In this document: positions 49,719 to 59,707 of the stretch, one piece after another
Position numbering within the stretch: position 1 is the stretch's first letter
Layout of the letters: each line of letters opens with the position of its first letter
From: Verrucomicrobiota bacterium
GTDB taxonomy: Bacteria > Verrucomicrobiota > Verrucomicrobiia > Chthoniobacterales > Terrimicrobiaceae
Assembly (NCBI GenBank): GCA_017305195.1
Contig: JAFKMU010000049.1
Coordinates: 38,638-102,637, forward strand
Direction: 5' to 3'
DNA: 64,000 nucleotides
Made by a program: the position numbers and the translations under genes
The notes under the pieces: model-generated
Seen by the model: the letters and a program-made list of their open reading frames with translations, nothing else
Database searches by the model: none
Told to the model about the DNA's origin: nothing

Positions 49719-52175
49719 ATGATCGAGCTGACGCCCAAGAACATCCAGCTCCACGCGCGAGCCGGGAACAAGGAAGAGGCCATCCGCGAGGCGGGCCGCC
49801 TGCTCGTCGAGCTGGGGTGCATCGACCCCGGCTACATCGAGAGCATGCTGGCCCGCGAGCAGCAGGCGAATACCTTTCTCGGCAATGGCATCGCCATCCC
49901 GCATGGGTTGCAGAAGGATCGCGAGCTAATTCATCGCACGGGCGTGGCGGTCGTGCAGGTGCCTCTCGGCGTCGAGTGGAATCCCGGCCAGATCGTGCGC
50001 GTCATCATCGGCATCGCGGCAAAATCCGACGAACACATCGAGGTGCTGGCCGCGCTCACCGACGTGCTGGACAATGACTCGATGGCCGCCCAGCTCGCGC
50101 AGACCAGCAGCGCGGCGGACATCATTCTCGGCCTCACGGCCCGCCAGCAGGCGGGGGCGGTGGTGGAGGAACTCGCGGGCGCGGATTTCGCCGATGTCTT
50201 CGTCGCAGGCAAGGCCGGGCTGCACGCCCGACCGGCCACGCATTTCGCGGAACTAGCCAATACTTTCGCCAGCACGATTCAGGTGCGGTTCAAAGACAAG
50301 GCGGCCAATGGCAAGTCGATGGCCTCGCTGCTCAAGCTCGGCGTGCACGGCGGCGCGACGATCCGGCTGCTCGCCAGCGGGCCGGATTCCCAGGAGGCCT
50401 TGCGCGCCCTCGCGGCGGCGGTGGCCGACGGGCTGGGGGAGAGTGAGGAAACCGAGGCGGCGATCATCCCGGCGGCGCATTGGGAGCCGGTCGGCACGGT
50501 TGCGTCGCTGGAGGGCGTGTCCGGTGCGCCCGGCGTGGGCATTGGCCCGGTTTTTCATTACGGCGTCGAGCGCATCGAGACCTCGGAGGAATCGCGCGGC
50601 GCGGATATCGAGTCGGCGGCGCTGCGGCATGCGCTGGCCGATGCGGCGGCGGAGTTGCAGCAGATCCAGGCGGACGTGGAGCAGCGCAGCGGGAAAGGGC
50701 AGGCGGCCATCTTTCGCGCTCACCTCGCGCTGCTCAGCGACGCCGAGCTTCTCGAAGAGGTTTACCTGAAGATCGACAGCGGAAAATCCGCCGCATGGGC
50801 GTGGCAGCAGGCCATCGAGCGCCGCGTGGCGGAGTTTCGCCAGATCGAAAACGAACGCCTGGCCGAGCGCGCGGCGGATTGGAACGACGTGGGCCGCCGG
50901 GTTCTCCGCCTCCTCGCGGGCGTGAAAAACGAAGGGCCGGTATTGCCTTCCACGCCGGGCATTTTGGTGGCGGAAGACCTCGCGCCCTCCGACACCGCGC
51001 GGCTCGATCCCGCGCTCATTCTCGCCATCTGTACGGCGGGCGGGGGACCGACCGCGCACACGGCGATCATTGCCCGGTCGCTCGACATTCCCGCCATCGT
51101 CGGCCTCGGCGCGTCGGTGCACGACATCCCGGCGGGCACAGTCTGCATCGCGGATGGCGCAGCCGGGCGGCTCTACACCGCACCGTCGGCGGATGATCTT
51201 GAATCGGCGCGGAAATTTCAGCAAACCCTGGCCGCGCGCAATGACGAGGCCAGCCGTGAACGCTTCGCTCCCGCCCTCATGCTCGACGGCCATCGCGTCG
51301 AGGTGGTGGCCAATATCGGCAAGCTCTCCGAGGCCGCCGCCGCCGTGGAGGCTGGAGCGGAGGGCGTCGGGCTCATGCGCACGGAATTCCTCTTCCTCGA
51401 CCGCGACGAACCCGCCTCGGAGGATGAGCAGGCGGAGATTTACACCGGGATGATCCAGGCGCTCAACGGCCTGCCGCTCATCCTGCGCACCCTCGACATC
51501 GGCGGCGACAAGCTCGCCTCCTACATCACGCTGCCCAAGGAGGAAAACCCCTTCCTCGGCGTGCGCGGCATCCGGCTCTGCCTCCAGCAGCCCGACCTTT
51601 TCATCCCGCAGCTCCGCGCCATCTACCGCGCGGCATTGACTGGCCCCGTGCGCATCATGTTTCCCATGATCTCGACGCTGGAGGATCTGCGCGCCGCGAA
51701 GGAACTGGCGGAAACCGTGCGCGCCCAGATCGGAGCGCCGCCGGTCGAGATCGGCATCATGATCGAGGTGCCCTCCAGCGTCATCATGGCCCCGGAGCTG
51801 GCCCGCGAGGTGGATTTCTTTTCCATCGGGACGAACGACCTCACGCAATACGCCCTCGCCATGGACCGCCTGCACCCGACCCTGGGCAAGAACGTCGACG
51901 GCCTGCACCCCGCCGTGCTGCGCCTCATCGACATGACCGTGCGGGCCGCGAAGGCTGCGGGCAAATGGGTGGGCGTCTGCGGCGGCATCGCCGGGGAGCC
52001 TCTCGGCGCGGCCCTGCTCACGGGACTCGGCGTGGAGGAGCTCAGCATGAGCCTGCCCAGCGTCCCCGCCGTGAAGGCCCACCTGCGCAAGCTGCGCTTC
52101 ACCGAGGCCGCCGACATGGCCCGCCGCGCGCTGGCCTGCTCGACCGCTGCTGAGGTGCGCAACCTGGGGAAATAA
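49719..52175 (+). CDS. fruB: Multiphosphoryl transfer protein: a fused EIIA(Fru)-HPr-Enzyme I.
   Basis: IIA(Mtl/Fru) (GNGIAIPHG), HPr (GLHARPAT) and EI domains (PEP-utilising His and TIM barrel: GGGPTAHTAIIARSL ... GTNDLTQY). Confidence 0.85.
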   Translation: MIELTPKNIQLHARAGNKEEAIREAGRLLVELGCIDPGYIESMLAREQQANTFLGNGIAIPHGLQKDRELIHRTGVAVVQVPLGVEWNPGQIVRVIIGIAAKSDEHIEVLAALTDVLDNDSMAAQLAQTSSAADIILGLTARQQAGAVVEELAGADFADVFVAGKAGLHARPATHFAELANTFASTIQVRFKDKAANGKSMASLLKLGVHGGATIRLLASGPDSQEALRALAAAVADGLGESEETEAAIIPAAHWEPVGTVASLEGVSGAPGVGIGPVFHYGVERIETSEESRGADIESAALRHALADAAAELQQIQADVEQRSGKGQAAIFRAHLALLSDAELLEEVYLKIDSGKSAAWAWQQAIERRVAEFRQIENERLAERAADWNDVGRRVLRLLAGVKNEGPVLPSTPGILVAEDLAPSDTARLDPALILAICTAGGGPTAHTAIIARSLDIPAIVGLGASVHDIPAGTVCIADGAAGRLYTAPSADDLESARKFQQTLAARNDEASRERFAPALMLDGHRVEVVANIGKLSEAAAAVEAGAEGVGLMRTEFLFLDRDEPASEDEQAEIYTGMIQALNGLPLILRTLDIGGDKLASYITLPKEENPFLGVRGIRLCLQQPDLFIPQLRAIYRAALTGPVRIMFPMISTLEDLRAAKELAETVRAQIGAPPVEIGIMIEVPSSVIMAPELAREVDFFSIGTNDLTQYALAMDRLHPTLGKNVDGLHPAVLRLIDMTVRAAKAAGKWVGVCGGIAGEPLGAALLTGLGVEELSMSLPSVPAVKAHLRKLRFTEAADMARRALACSTAAEVRNLGK

Positions 52176-52179
52176 TTTC

Positions 52180-53106
52180 ATGAACCAAGCCGCCTACGAC
52201 TGCCTCTCCGTCGCCCTCAACCCGGCGATCGACCACTCGCTTTCCATCCCGCACTTCGCCCCGGGAAAAGTCAATCGCGTCGCCGCCGAGGAGAGCCATG
52301 CGGCGGGGAAGGGCGTGAATGTCGCCGTGGCCGTGGCTCGCGCGGGATTCCGCGTGGCTGTCTCCGGTTTCCTGGGCGAGGACAATGCCGGGTCCTTTGA
52401 GACGCTCTTCCGCAAGTATGCCGTGGCCGATGAATGCGTGCGCATCGCCGGGTCCACCCGCACGGGCATCAAGATTACCGATCCGGCGAACCAGACCACG
52501 ACGGACATCAACTTCCCCGGCGCGGAGCCGACTGCCGACAATGTGGCCGAGCTGCGGGAACGAATCGCAAGCCTTGACGCCCGGTGGGCGGTGTTGGCCG
52601 GCAGTCTGCCGCCGGGCGTCCCGGTTTCCATCTACGAGGAACTCACCGCCGACTTCGCGCGGCGCGGCATCCGGGTGGCAGTCGATACCAGCGACCGGCC
52701 GCTGCAGTTTGCCATCGCGGCCAAGCCGAGCGTGATCAAGCCCAACATCCACGAGCTGGAGGCCATCACGGGCCGGACTCTCAAGTCGCGGGCCGAGGTG
52801 CTCGCCACCGCGCGGGAGCTGGTCGCCTGCGGCATCGAGTGCGTCATTGTCTCCATGGGCGTGGACGGCGCGCTCTTTGTCACCGCCGCCGAGGCTTTGC
52901 TGGCCGTGCCGCCGCAGCTCCTCATCCGCACCACCGTGGGCGCGGGCGACGCCATGGTCGCCGGGTGGATCGCCGCCAGCCTGCGCGGCCTCCCGCTGGA
53001 AAAGGCCGCCCGCCTCGCCACCGCTTTTTCCCTCGCGGCCATCGACGTCAGCCCGAGGGACGAGCCCCGCAGCTATTTCCCCTGCATCCAGATCACCCAA
53101 CTCTAA
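52180..53106 (+). CDS. fruK: 1-phosphofructokinase (PfkB family).
   Basis: PfkB motifs (GKGVNVA ... GAGDAMVAG), sited in the fru operon. Confidence 0.85.
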   Translation: MNQAAYDCLSVALNPAIDHSLSIPHFAPGKVNRVAAEESHAAGKGVNVAVAVARAGFRVAVSGFLGEDNAGSFETLFRKYAVADECVRIAGSTRTGIKITDPANQTTTDINFPGAEPTADNVAELRERIASLDARWAVLAGSLPPGVPVSIYEELTADFARRGIRVAVDTSDRPLQFAIAAKPSVIKPNIHELEAITGRTLKSRAEVLATARELVACGIECVIVSMGVDGALFVTAAEALLAVPPQLLIRTTVGAGDAMVAGWIAASLRGLPLEKAARLATAFSLAAIDVSPRDEPRSYFPCIQITQL

Positions 53107-53122
53107 CCTAACAACACCCCCT

Positions 53123-54523
53123 ATGTTCCCTCGCACCCGTGCCGTATACGCGGCTTTGTTTTCGGCGGTATTACCTATTACCGCCTTCACTCAGGCCACC
53201 AACAACTCCCGCGCCCTCCCGGCGGAGGATCGGGATTTCCCTCGGGCCACGCCCGAACCTGCCTCCGTCTCGTGGTGGCAGGGTGATTACGCCACGGGCG
53301 ACTGGTTCGGCCTGCGGCCTAAGCTTAGCGATTATGGATTCGACTTCTTCGCCTATTACAATGCCATCGTGGCGGGCAATGTCGTCGGCGGGCGCAATCA
53401 GTCCGCCTCCTACGCCGATGACTTTTACTTCGGCCTGAAGACCGACCTGGAAAAGCTCGTCGGCTGGCAGGGCGCGACCTTCACCATCACCGGGGTGAAT
53501 CGCGACGGCAACAGCATCCAGGGCGCGCTGGGCAGCCAGTACGACCCCATGCAGCTCGTCGGCGGGCAGGCCATCTTCCTGTATGGCCTCTTCCTTGAGC
53601 AAAAGCTCCTCGATGACAAGCTCTCGATCAAGCTGGGCCGCCTCGGCGCGAGCGACGACTTTGCCACCTCGCCGCTGTACGGGTACTACCTGAACAACGG
53701 CATCGACGGCAACATCCGCGCGGTGCTCTTCAATACGCGCTTCTCGGCCTATCCCTTCGCCTCGTGGGGCGCGCGGCTGCGCATCGATCCCACGCCGGAG
53801 TTCAACGCCATGGTCGGCATCTACCAGGTCTCCAGCCGCATGTTTGACCGCGCCTATCATGGCGTCGACATGAGCATCCAGAGCGGCGATGGGTTCATGC
53901 TCATCGGCCAGGTCGGATGGACGCCCGAGTTCTTCAAGCGCGAGGCTCCCGCGCCCGTCTCCGATGGCAAGGCCGTGGTGGCGGACAAAAAGGCGGTCGC
54001 CCCGGCGATCAGCCCGACGGCGAAGGGGCTGTCGGGTCATTATTTCTTCGGCGGCTACTGGTCGTCGTGGGATTACCCGCAGTTTGGTCAGACCTCGACC
54101 ACGCCCGCCAGCTATGGATTCTACCTGCATGGCGACCAGATGGTGTATCGCGAGAATCTCGACAGCGACCAGGGGCTGACGCTCTTCACCACCTTCACCC
54201 TGTCGCCGCAGCAGAATGTCGCCATCGTACCCTTCCAGGTGAATGGCGGCGCGATCTACCAGGGCCTCATCCCGGGGCGCGACAATGACCGCACCATCCT
54301 CGGCGTGATCTACGGCCAGTTCAGTAATGACTACGCCGACAGCGTCTCCGCGCAGGGCGGCGGCTCGCCCGATTACGAACTCGTCTTTGAGGCGGGCTAC
54401 CGCGTGCAGTTGAATAAATGGGCCTACATCCAGCCCGACGTGCAGTGGGTCATCCAGCCCGGCGGCACGGGCGACATCCCCAACGGCCTCGTCCTCGGCG
54501 CACAATTCGGCGTGAAGTTTTAG
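53123..54523 (+). CDS. oprB: OprB-family carbohydrate-selective porin. Start at MFPRTRAVY; the track ORF 52847.. is over-extended into fruK.
   Basis: Signal peptide, an OprB-like beta-barrel pattern and a C-terminal F (GAQFGVKF). Confidence 0.7.
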   Translation: MFPRTRAVYAALFSAVLPITAFTQATNNSRALPAEDRDFPRATPEPASVSWWQGDYATGDWFGLRPKLSDYGFDFFAYYNAIVAGNVVGGRNQSASYADDFYFGLKTDLEKLVGWQGATFTITGVNRDGNSIQGALGSQYDPMQLVGGQAIFLYGLFLEQKLLDDKLSIKLGRLGASDDFATSPLYGYYLNNGIDGNIRAVLFNTRFSAYPFASWGARLRIDPTPEFNAMVGIYQVSSRMFDRAYHGVDMSIQSGDGFMLIGQVGWTPEFFKREAPAPVSDGKAVVADKKAVAPAISPTAKGLSGHYFFGGYWSSWDYPQFGQTSTTPASYGFYLHGDQMVYRENLDSDQGLTLFTTFTLSPQQNVAIVPFQVNGGAIYQGLIPGRDNDRTILGVIYGQFSNDYADSVSAQGGGSPDYELVFEAGYRVQLNKWAYIQPDVQWVIQPGGTGDIPNGLVLGAQFGVKF

Positions 54524-54936
54524 AGCAGATTAAAAATCTGTAGCCAAAAAGAATTCCCCCCCGCCAGTCAGGAGCCCGGGCTTTCCTCCACGGAGACGCC
54601 CGGGCTCTTGCATTTCCGTGGATGATCGGGACTGATCGCTAACAGGCCGGGCCGTGCAGTGTGCGCCGCCGATACTATAGCAGGCCGCCCGCGGGTTCCG
54701 GCACGATCGAGACATTCGCGGAATCGGAGGAGAAGGGGAGGTTTATGCTCTCCGCAGACTCGAAATGTTTCTGTCCTGAGAGAGGGCCTCGCACCCGGCG
54801 GTGGCGACGATTTTCCTGCGCCTCGCGCCCGGCATCGTCGCCTTCGCCGTCCTCCTCGGCGCAGCGCTGGCGGTGTGCTATTATCGGTAGGGGGGCCAGA
54901 TAGACCCTGCCGGGGCTGCGGTATTTGTGGAGGGCC

Positions 54937-55572
54937 TTATGTGCGTCTGGCCGGATTTTTCGAGGGCCAGATTTTAGGGCTATAGATCGATTCGAAGACC
55001 GCAAAAATCTCCTGCATGATCTCGGGGTGATCTCTTTGGGGAGCGAAATATAAGCAGTCACCCTCGACTAAAAGGTGATACTCCAGATCACCATTCACGA
55101 GATGGCAATCCGGACCAAAAGCTTCCGCTTGGTGTTGGCGTTCTCTTTCAGACTCCTTTCGGGGTGCATCGCAGGAACGGTGAGCCGTGAATTTCATGCG
55201 CATAGGCATGAGGGAGACAATAAAAGTTTTCTTCTTTTCGTATTCAGGAATGTGCGCCTTCGCAAAGAAGTAGAACTGCCCCAGGCGATTTATATAAGCG
55301 ATGACATCGTGTGCGCACGCGTGGTGCGCCGTCTTTTCCCAGTCTAGCCCTGTAGCTTGGACGAGCTTCCGATTCTCAAGATAACGGTCATAGTGGAATT
55401 GAATTCCCGCCACCATGAAGGCGGCACCATGGTACTGCGGGCGCTTTTCGACCGGGAAGCCGTTTTCATTGGCCGCTCGGACGTACCACGCCATTGCGCG
55501 ATCGGGGTAATGCAGTTCATCGAGGGGAATTCCCTCCCAGCGATCGCGAATTGACATGACAAAATCATACAA
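54937..55572 (-). CDS. Hypothetical protein (211 aa) in the lower-GC island segment.
   Basis: Intact ORF with atypical (lower) GC. I could not recognise any motif. Confidence 0.4.
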   Translation of the reverse strand: MYDFVMSIRDRWEGIPLDELHYPDRAMAWYVRAANENGFPVEKRPQYHGAAFMVAGIQFHYDRYLENRKLVQATGLDWEKTAHHACAHDVIAYINRLGQFYFFAKAHIPEYEKKKTFIVSLMPMRMKFTAHRSCDAPRKESERERQHQAEAFGPDCHLVNGDLEYHLLVEGDCLYFAPQRDHPEIMQEIFAVFESIYSPKIWPSKNPARRT

Positions 55573-55778
55573 AGCATTTGAGGATTGTTGTCAAATTATC
55601 GTCCCGGGTACTCTTTGCGATCTTTTCCCGGCGCGGAACCGGCTGCGATTTCTGAACATTAGCATGTTTGCCAGTGTTGCAGCCCTAGCGGGGTTTTGAG
55701 CGGATTTCTCCCGTTTCGGGCCCTTGCTTGGTAAACGCGTATCCCAAATTGCCCGTGTTTCTGCTTATGTGTTGGCCC

Positions 55779-56018
55779 ATGGCGTATAAGCAGAAATGCG
55801 GCGGCTGCGGGCGGTGTCCGCGGGGGAACGAGGCGGGGCGGGCGGTGCTCGCGGCGATGTACCAGGAGGTGCTGTTTCAGCCCGGGCGGCGTGATCCGTG
55901 GCAGCGGGAGGCGGCGCGGCTGGCGGCGCAATACCTCGCCACGGGGCGCGAGGCGCACCGGCTGGCCTTTGCCCGGCACGTGGCCGGAATGCTCCACGCG
56001 GAGGCGGGGCGGGAATGA
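55779..56018 (+). CDS. Small Cys-containing ORF (roughly 52-96 aa depending on start) translationally coupled (ATGA) to the primase-like gene. Start is uncertain.
   Basis: Its stop TGA overlaps the ATG of the next gene at 56015-56018. It contains CGGCGRCP and is preceded by the inverted repeat TCTGCTTAT-N17-ATAAGCAGA (55747-55781). Confidence 0.3.
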   Translation: MAYKQKCGGCGRCPRGNEAGRAVLAAMYQEVLFQPGRRDPWQREAARLAAQYLATGREAHRLAFARHVAGMLHAEAGRE

Positions 56019-57409
56019 CGGGCGGTTCGCAAATGACGACGGAGCAGCTCCCGCGTTTCGTGCGCGACCTGCTCTCGGCTCCGCCCCGCGCGGGGCAGGG
56101 GGTGAATCTCTACCTCTTCCGCCTCGCCCGCGTGCTCCACGCCTACCGCACGGAACGCGAGATCCTCGCCATGCTCCGCGCCTCCGTGGCCGGATGCGGG
56201 CGCGAGGTGGGGGAGCAGGAGATACTGCGGGCGGTGGAAAATTCCCGCCGCGTCGCGTGGCAGCCCGGCGTCGCGAATGGCCCGGCGCGTCCCGCCAGCG
56301 CCTCGCTCTGGCCGCCGCGTGAACCCGCGCGTCGCGCCGCCGTGGTCGCGCAGGGCGACGGCTTCACCCTGGCCGACCTGTGGGAATCCTCCCCCGTGCG
56401 CTTCGACGACGACGAGCCGCAGGCCGAGGCCGTGATCGACGCGCTCTTTCCCGGCGATCCGCTGCTGTGTTGCGGGCAGAGCAAGTCCCTCTTTGCCACG
56501 CGCCGCCGCTCCCGCTGGCGCGGTCGGCTGGCCGGGCTCGCGCTCATCGTGCCATCGCCCATGACGAGCCGCACCGGGCGCACGCAGGATGGCCGCGTGA
56601 GCCAGCACACGCTGGCCAATACCGGCCCGCGCCGTTACCTCATCATCGAGCAGGACGGCGGCACGCCCGACGAACAGGCCGCCATCCTCGCGCACCTCGG
56701 CCACATGGCCCCGCTCACGCTCGTCGTGCACAGCGGCAGGCGGTCGCTCCACGGGTGGTATCACTGCGCCGGGCGCGCCGAGGCGGAAACGCTCGCTCTC
56801 ATGCGCTACGCCTACGTGCTCGGCGCGGATCGCGCCACCTGGACGCGGTCGCAGTTTGTCCGCATCCCCGACGGCCTCCGCGACAACGGGCAACGTCAAT
56901 ACATCCTCTACCTCGACCCCGAGCCCGCCCTCAACGCGGAGCCCTGCGCCGAGGAGGGCCGGGAACCCGAGGCCCGCCGCAACCCGGAGCCGTCTGCCGT
57001 GGCGCATCTCGCCCGCGAGGCGGAGCTTCCCCGCGAGGTCAATAGGAACCCGGAGGCTCACGCAGCGACGGCAGCGCACCGTCCTCCGGCACCCCGCCAC
57101 CTCAAACCCGAGCCGCCTTCCGCCGGTGATGAGAGTAACTCGGAGGCTCGCCGCAACCCGAAGCCGTTCCTCTTGGCGAACCTCACCGCCGGAGCGGAGT
57201 CTCGCAGGGAGGCAGGCAGCAACAATGAGTCGCGCCCAGGCTCGGCAGCGAACCTCAACCCCGCGTCGCCCTCCGCCGATGATGAGCGCACCCCGGAGCC
57301 GTCTCCCGAGGCGCTCCGCGCCCGCGAGGCGGAGCTTCCTTCGCACGCGGCACGCAACCCCGATTCGCCTCCCACGGTCAGCCGGAGGCGGTATGTCCTC
57401 CGGGAATAG
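56015..57409 (+). CDS. Primase-polymerase-like (archaeo-eukaryotic primase superfamily) replication protein with a repetitive, disordered C-terminal tail.
   Basis: Motif HSGRRSLHGWYHC resembles AEP motif II (sGxxxHxw/y). An acidic DGGTPDE region follows. The track ORF start at 55898 is a likely over-extension; the ATG at 56015 overlaps the upstream stop. Confidence 0.45.
   Translation: MTGGSQMTTEQLPRFVRDLLSAPPRAGQGVNLYLFRLARVLHAYRTEREILAMLRASVAGCGREVGEQEILRAVENSRRVAWQPGVANGPARPASASLWPPREPARRAAVVAQGDGFTLADLWESSPVRFDDDEPQAEAVIDALFPGDPLLCCGQSKSLFATRRRSRWRGRLAGLALIVPSPMTSRTGRTQDGRVSQHTLANTGPRRYLIIEQDGGTPDEQAAILAHLGHMAPLTLVVHSGRRSLHGWYHCAGRAEAETLALMRYAYVLGADRATWTRSQFVRIPDGLRDNGQRQYILYLDPEPALNAEPCAEEGREPEARRNPEPSAVAHLAREAELPREVNRNPEAHAATAAHRPPAPRHLKPEPPSAGDESNSEARRNPKPFLLANLTAGAESRREAGSNNESRPGSAANLNPASPSADDERTPEPSPEALRAREAELPSHAARNPDSPPTVSRRRYVLRE
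56930..57390 (+). repeat. Degenerate tandem repeats inside the 3' part of the primase-like gene, encoding Pro/Glu/Ala/Arg-rich repeats.
   Basis: Repeated DNA segments, e.g. gaggc(c/t)cgccgcaacccg(g/a)agccgt and cccgcgaggcggagcttcc twice. Protein repeats include EARRNPEP and AREAELP. Confidence 0.45.
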
Positions 57410-57595
57410 ACATCGCCCCGGCGTCAATACTCACACCCCCGGCAACCCACAACGACCACCCACCATAACCCCGGCAACCAACCACGAACACAACCCCGAG
57501 CCCGCCATTCACCGGCAGGCCCACCGGAGCCGAACCACCGCTTCCCTCCGCGCCAAGTCTGAAAACTGAACCACTGAAAACTCACCACTACCTCT

Positions 57596-58804
57596 ATGAC
57601 CTTCGCTAAAAACTGGAACCTCTTCGCCGACTACCTCAAAGCCCAAAACGCCGCCGATGCCGCAGCCGCTGCCCAACGCGCCGGGCATGCTCCCGCGAAT
57701 GCCGACGGGAACGCCCCCGCCGCTCACCGCGCCGACGGCAACACCGCCCCCGCGCACGCCGCCGACAGCGTGCCCGAGCCCGTGCCAGCCTTCCTCCGCG
57801 ACGTGGCCGACCCCGCGCCGGGCTTCCCGCCGGAATCCCCCCGCGACGGCGACCGTGAAGCCGCCCGCGAACTCGTGCTCAGCCAGGCCATCACCACCGG
57901 CACACGCGACTCCACCGATCACCGCTCACAGGGCATTCCCTCGCGCCAGCCCGTGCTGGGCGATTGGTTCATGGAGGGCGACCTCGGGTTCATCTACGCG
58001 CCGCGCGGATTAGGCAAGACGTGGTTCGCCCTCGGCCTCGCCACCGCCGTCGCGAACGGGCGCGCCTTTGGCCCCTGGACGCCCGAGGCCCCGCGCCGCG
58101 TGATGTACGTCGACGGCGAGATGCCGTGCGAAGCCCTCGACGCGCGCATCGGCGGCATGGGCGAGAGCAAGCAACTCCTCGTGCTCAACCATGAGGAGCT
58201 GTTTCACTACACCGGCGAGGTGCTCAACCTGGCCACGCCCCCGGCGCAGCGCGCCCTCACGGGCTACCTCCTCGCCCAGGGCATCGGCATCCTGTTCCTC
58301 GACAACCTCTCGTGCCTCTTCTCCGGCATGAAGGAAAACGACGCCGACGATTGGGAATCCGTCCTCGGGTGGCTCCTCACCCTGCGCCGCCACCGCATCG
58401 CCGTGGTCGTCGTACACCACTCCGGCCGCAACAAGGAAACCATGCGAGGCACCTCCCGCCGCGAAGACGCCGCCTTCTGGGTCATCCGGCTGGATGAGCT
58501 TTCCGAGGAGCCCGGGGAGGGCGCGGCCTTTCGCTCGCTCTTTACGAAGGATCGCAACAGTCGCTCCGCGCAGGGCTGCTTCGAGTGGCGTTTCCTCACC
58601 GGTGCGGACGGAGTAGTCAACATCCAGATCAGGCCCGCCAATAGCATCGATACCTTCCGCCAGTGGGTGGCCGACGGCCTCACCAGCGCCGAGGAAATCG
58701 CCCGCGAAATGGGCATCTCGGCGGGCACCGTCTCGCGCATGGCCAAGAAAGGCATCGAGGCGGGATGGCTCTACAAGCGAGGCCGCGAGTATGCTCTGCG
58801 TTGA
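57596..58804 (+). CDS. AAA_25 / RepA-DnaB-like RecA-fold ATPase (plasmid/phage replicative helicase-loader type) with a C-terminal HTH.
   Basis: Walker A YAPRGLGKTW, Walker B FLDNLS and a C-terminal EIAREMGISAGTVSRMAKKG helix-turn-helix. Confidence 0.65.
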   Translation: MTFAKNWNLFADYLKAQNAADAAAAAQRAGHAPANADGNAPAAHRADGNTAPAHAADSVPEPVPAFLRDVADPAPGFPPESPRDGDREAARELVLSQAITTGTRDSTDHRSQGIPSRQPVLGDWFMEGDLGFIYAPRGLGKTWFALGLATAVANGRAFGPWTPEAPRRVMYVDGEMPCEALDARIGGMGESKQLLVLNHEELFHYTGEVLNLATPPAQRALTGYLLAQGIGILFLDNLSCLFSGMKENDADDWESVLGWLLTLRRHRIAVVVVHHSGRNKETMRGTSRREDAAFWVIRLDELSEEPGEGAAFRSLFTKDRNSRSAQGCFEWRFLTGADGVVNIQIRPANSIDTFRQWVADGLTSAEEIAREMGISAGTVSRMAKKGIEAGWLYKRGREYALR

Positions 58805-58809
58805 TCGCC

Positions 58810-58970
58810 GGGATTTCGTTGCGCAGCCTAAGGGGAGCCGTCCTGCAATGAAGCGCAATGAAACCCGCAACGGGCCTGCAATGAACCGCTTTTCTCCTCG
58901 GCGAGAGTGAAATGGACGTGAAATGGGAGCCTGCAATGAAGGAGGGGAATTTCTCTCCTTCATTGCACGG
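58810..58970. repeat. Iteron-like repeat cluster A: multiple copies of a CTGCAATGAA / GTGAAATGG motif, a 63-bp unit (58853-58915) also present at 59771-59833, and a perfect hairpin TGCAATGAAGGAG-N10-CTCCTTCATTGCA (58933-58968).
   Basis: Direct sequence comparison of the two loci. The unit copies are about 88% identical. Confidence 0.6.
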
Positions 58971-59085
58971 GTCCTGCCCTCGCCGGGAGGGGGAACTTCG
59001 GCGTTCCCACCGCTCCAGAGAGAGTCGGAGCGAAGAGGCTGGGGGACGGAGGGTGTGTATAGACCACCCTCCGCCCCGACTGCTC

Positions 59086-59640
59086 TCAGCCCTTCGCGAG
59101 GCGCATCGCCTGCCTCACGAGCAGCGCGATCTCCACAGCGGCGCGAATGCCGCCGCACCACGCCGGGGTGGCCCGGTGGGTGTCAAACAACCGCACCTCC
59201 TCATCCATGGCAGCCACTCTCCAGCACTCCAGCTCCTCGCTGGCGGTGAGCGGACGCATGGTGGCCAGGCCCGTGCGACGGGCCGCGATCAAGCGCCTCG
59301 CCCGGCGGGCGATCTCGGCCAGCCGCCCGAGGTTCACACTGAGGGCGCACCGCTCCCGGCTGCCCTCTGGCGTCTTCTCCCTCACGTAGACCGTCAGGCG
59401 ACCCAGCCGCGCGGATATGCGCGCCTCTGCGCCATCCGGGCACACCACGCTCCAGGACGCGCCCTGGGAGGGGTTATCGCTGCCAAACGCCGCGAGGCGC
59501 TCGATGATTGTGACCCCGGCGCTCGATGAGGCCGGACTACTGGCTTTTGCCATGTATTGCATGGGAACTCCTTGGATTGATGTTAGAGATTCCCGCGCAT
59601 GGGCATGAGCGTCAGGCTCACCCCACGTGCGGGTAATCAA
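59086..59640 (-). CDS. Hypothetical protein (up to 184 aa, possibly starting at the internal MQYMAKASS). It is flanked by the two repeat clusters.
   Basis: An ORF with no recognisable motifs that sits exactly between repeat clusters A and B. Confidence 0.35.
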   Translation of the reverse strand: MITRTWGEPDAHAHARESLTSIQGVPMQYMAKASSPASSSAGVTIIERLAAFGSDNPSQGASWSVVCPDGAEARISARLGRLTVYVREKTPEGSRERCALSVNLGRLAEIARRARRLIAARRTGLATMRPLTASEELECWRVAAMDEEVRLFDTHRATPAWCGGIRAAVEIALLVRQAMRLAKG

Positions 59641-59707
59641 TCTGAGTTCCTTGGCTGCCAGCTAAGTCTTTGCCGCCAGCAGCGAAGCCGAGGCTAGGAA
59701 ATGCCCG

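Noticed and set aside
50253-52181. 642-aa minus-strand ORF.
   Set aside because: It is antisense to fruB.
54530-54560. Possible terminator hairpin after oprB (cagatt-aaa-aatctg).
   Set aside because: The stem is AT-only and very short, with no following U-tract.
55877-57427. 516-aa minus-strand ORF.
   Set aside because: It is antisense to the primase-like gene. Its extremely Arg/Gly/Ala-rich low complexity is produced by the GC-rich repeats.
58010-59161. 383-aa minus-strand ORF.
   Set aside because: It is antisense to the AAA_25 ATPase gene and runs on into the repeat cluster. It has no motifs.
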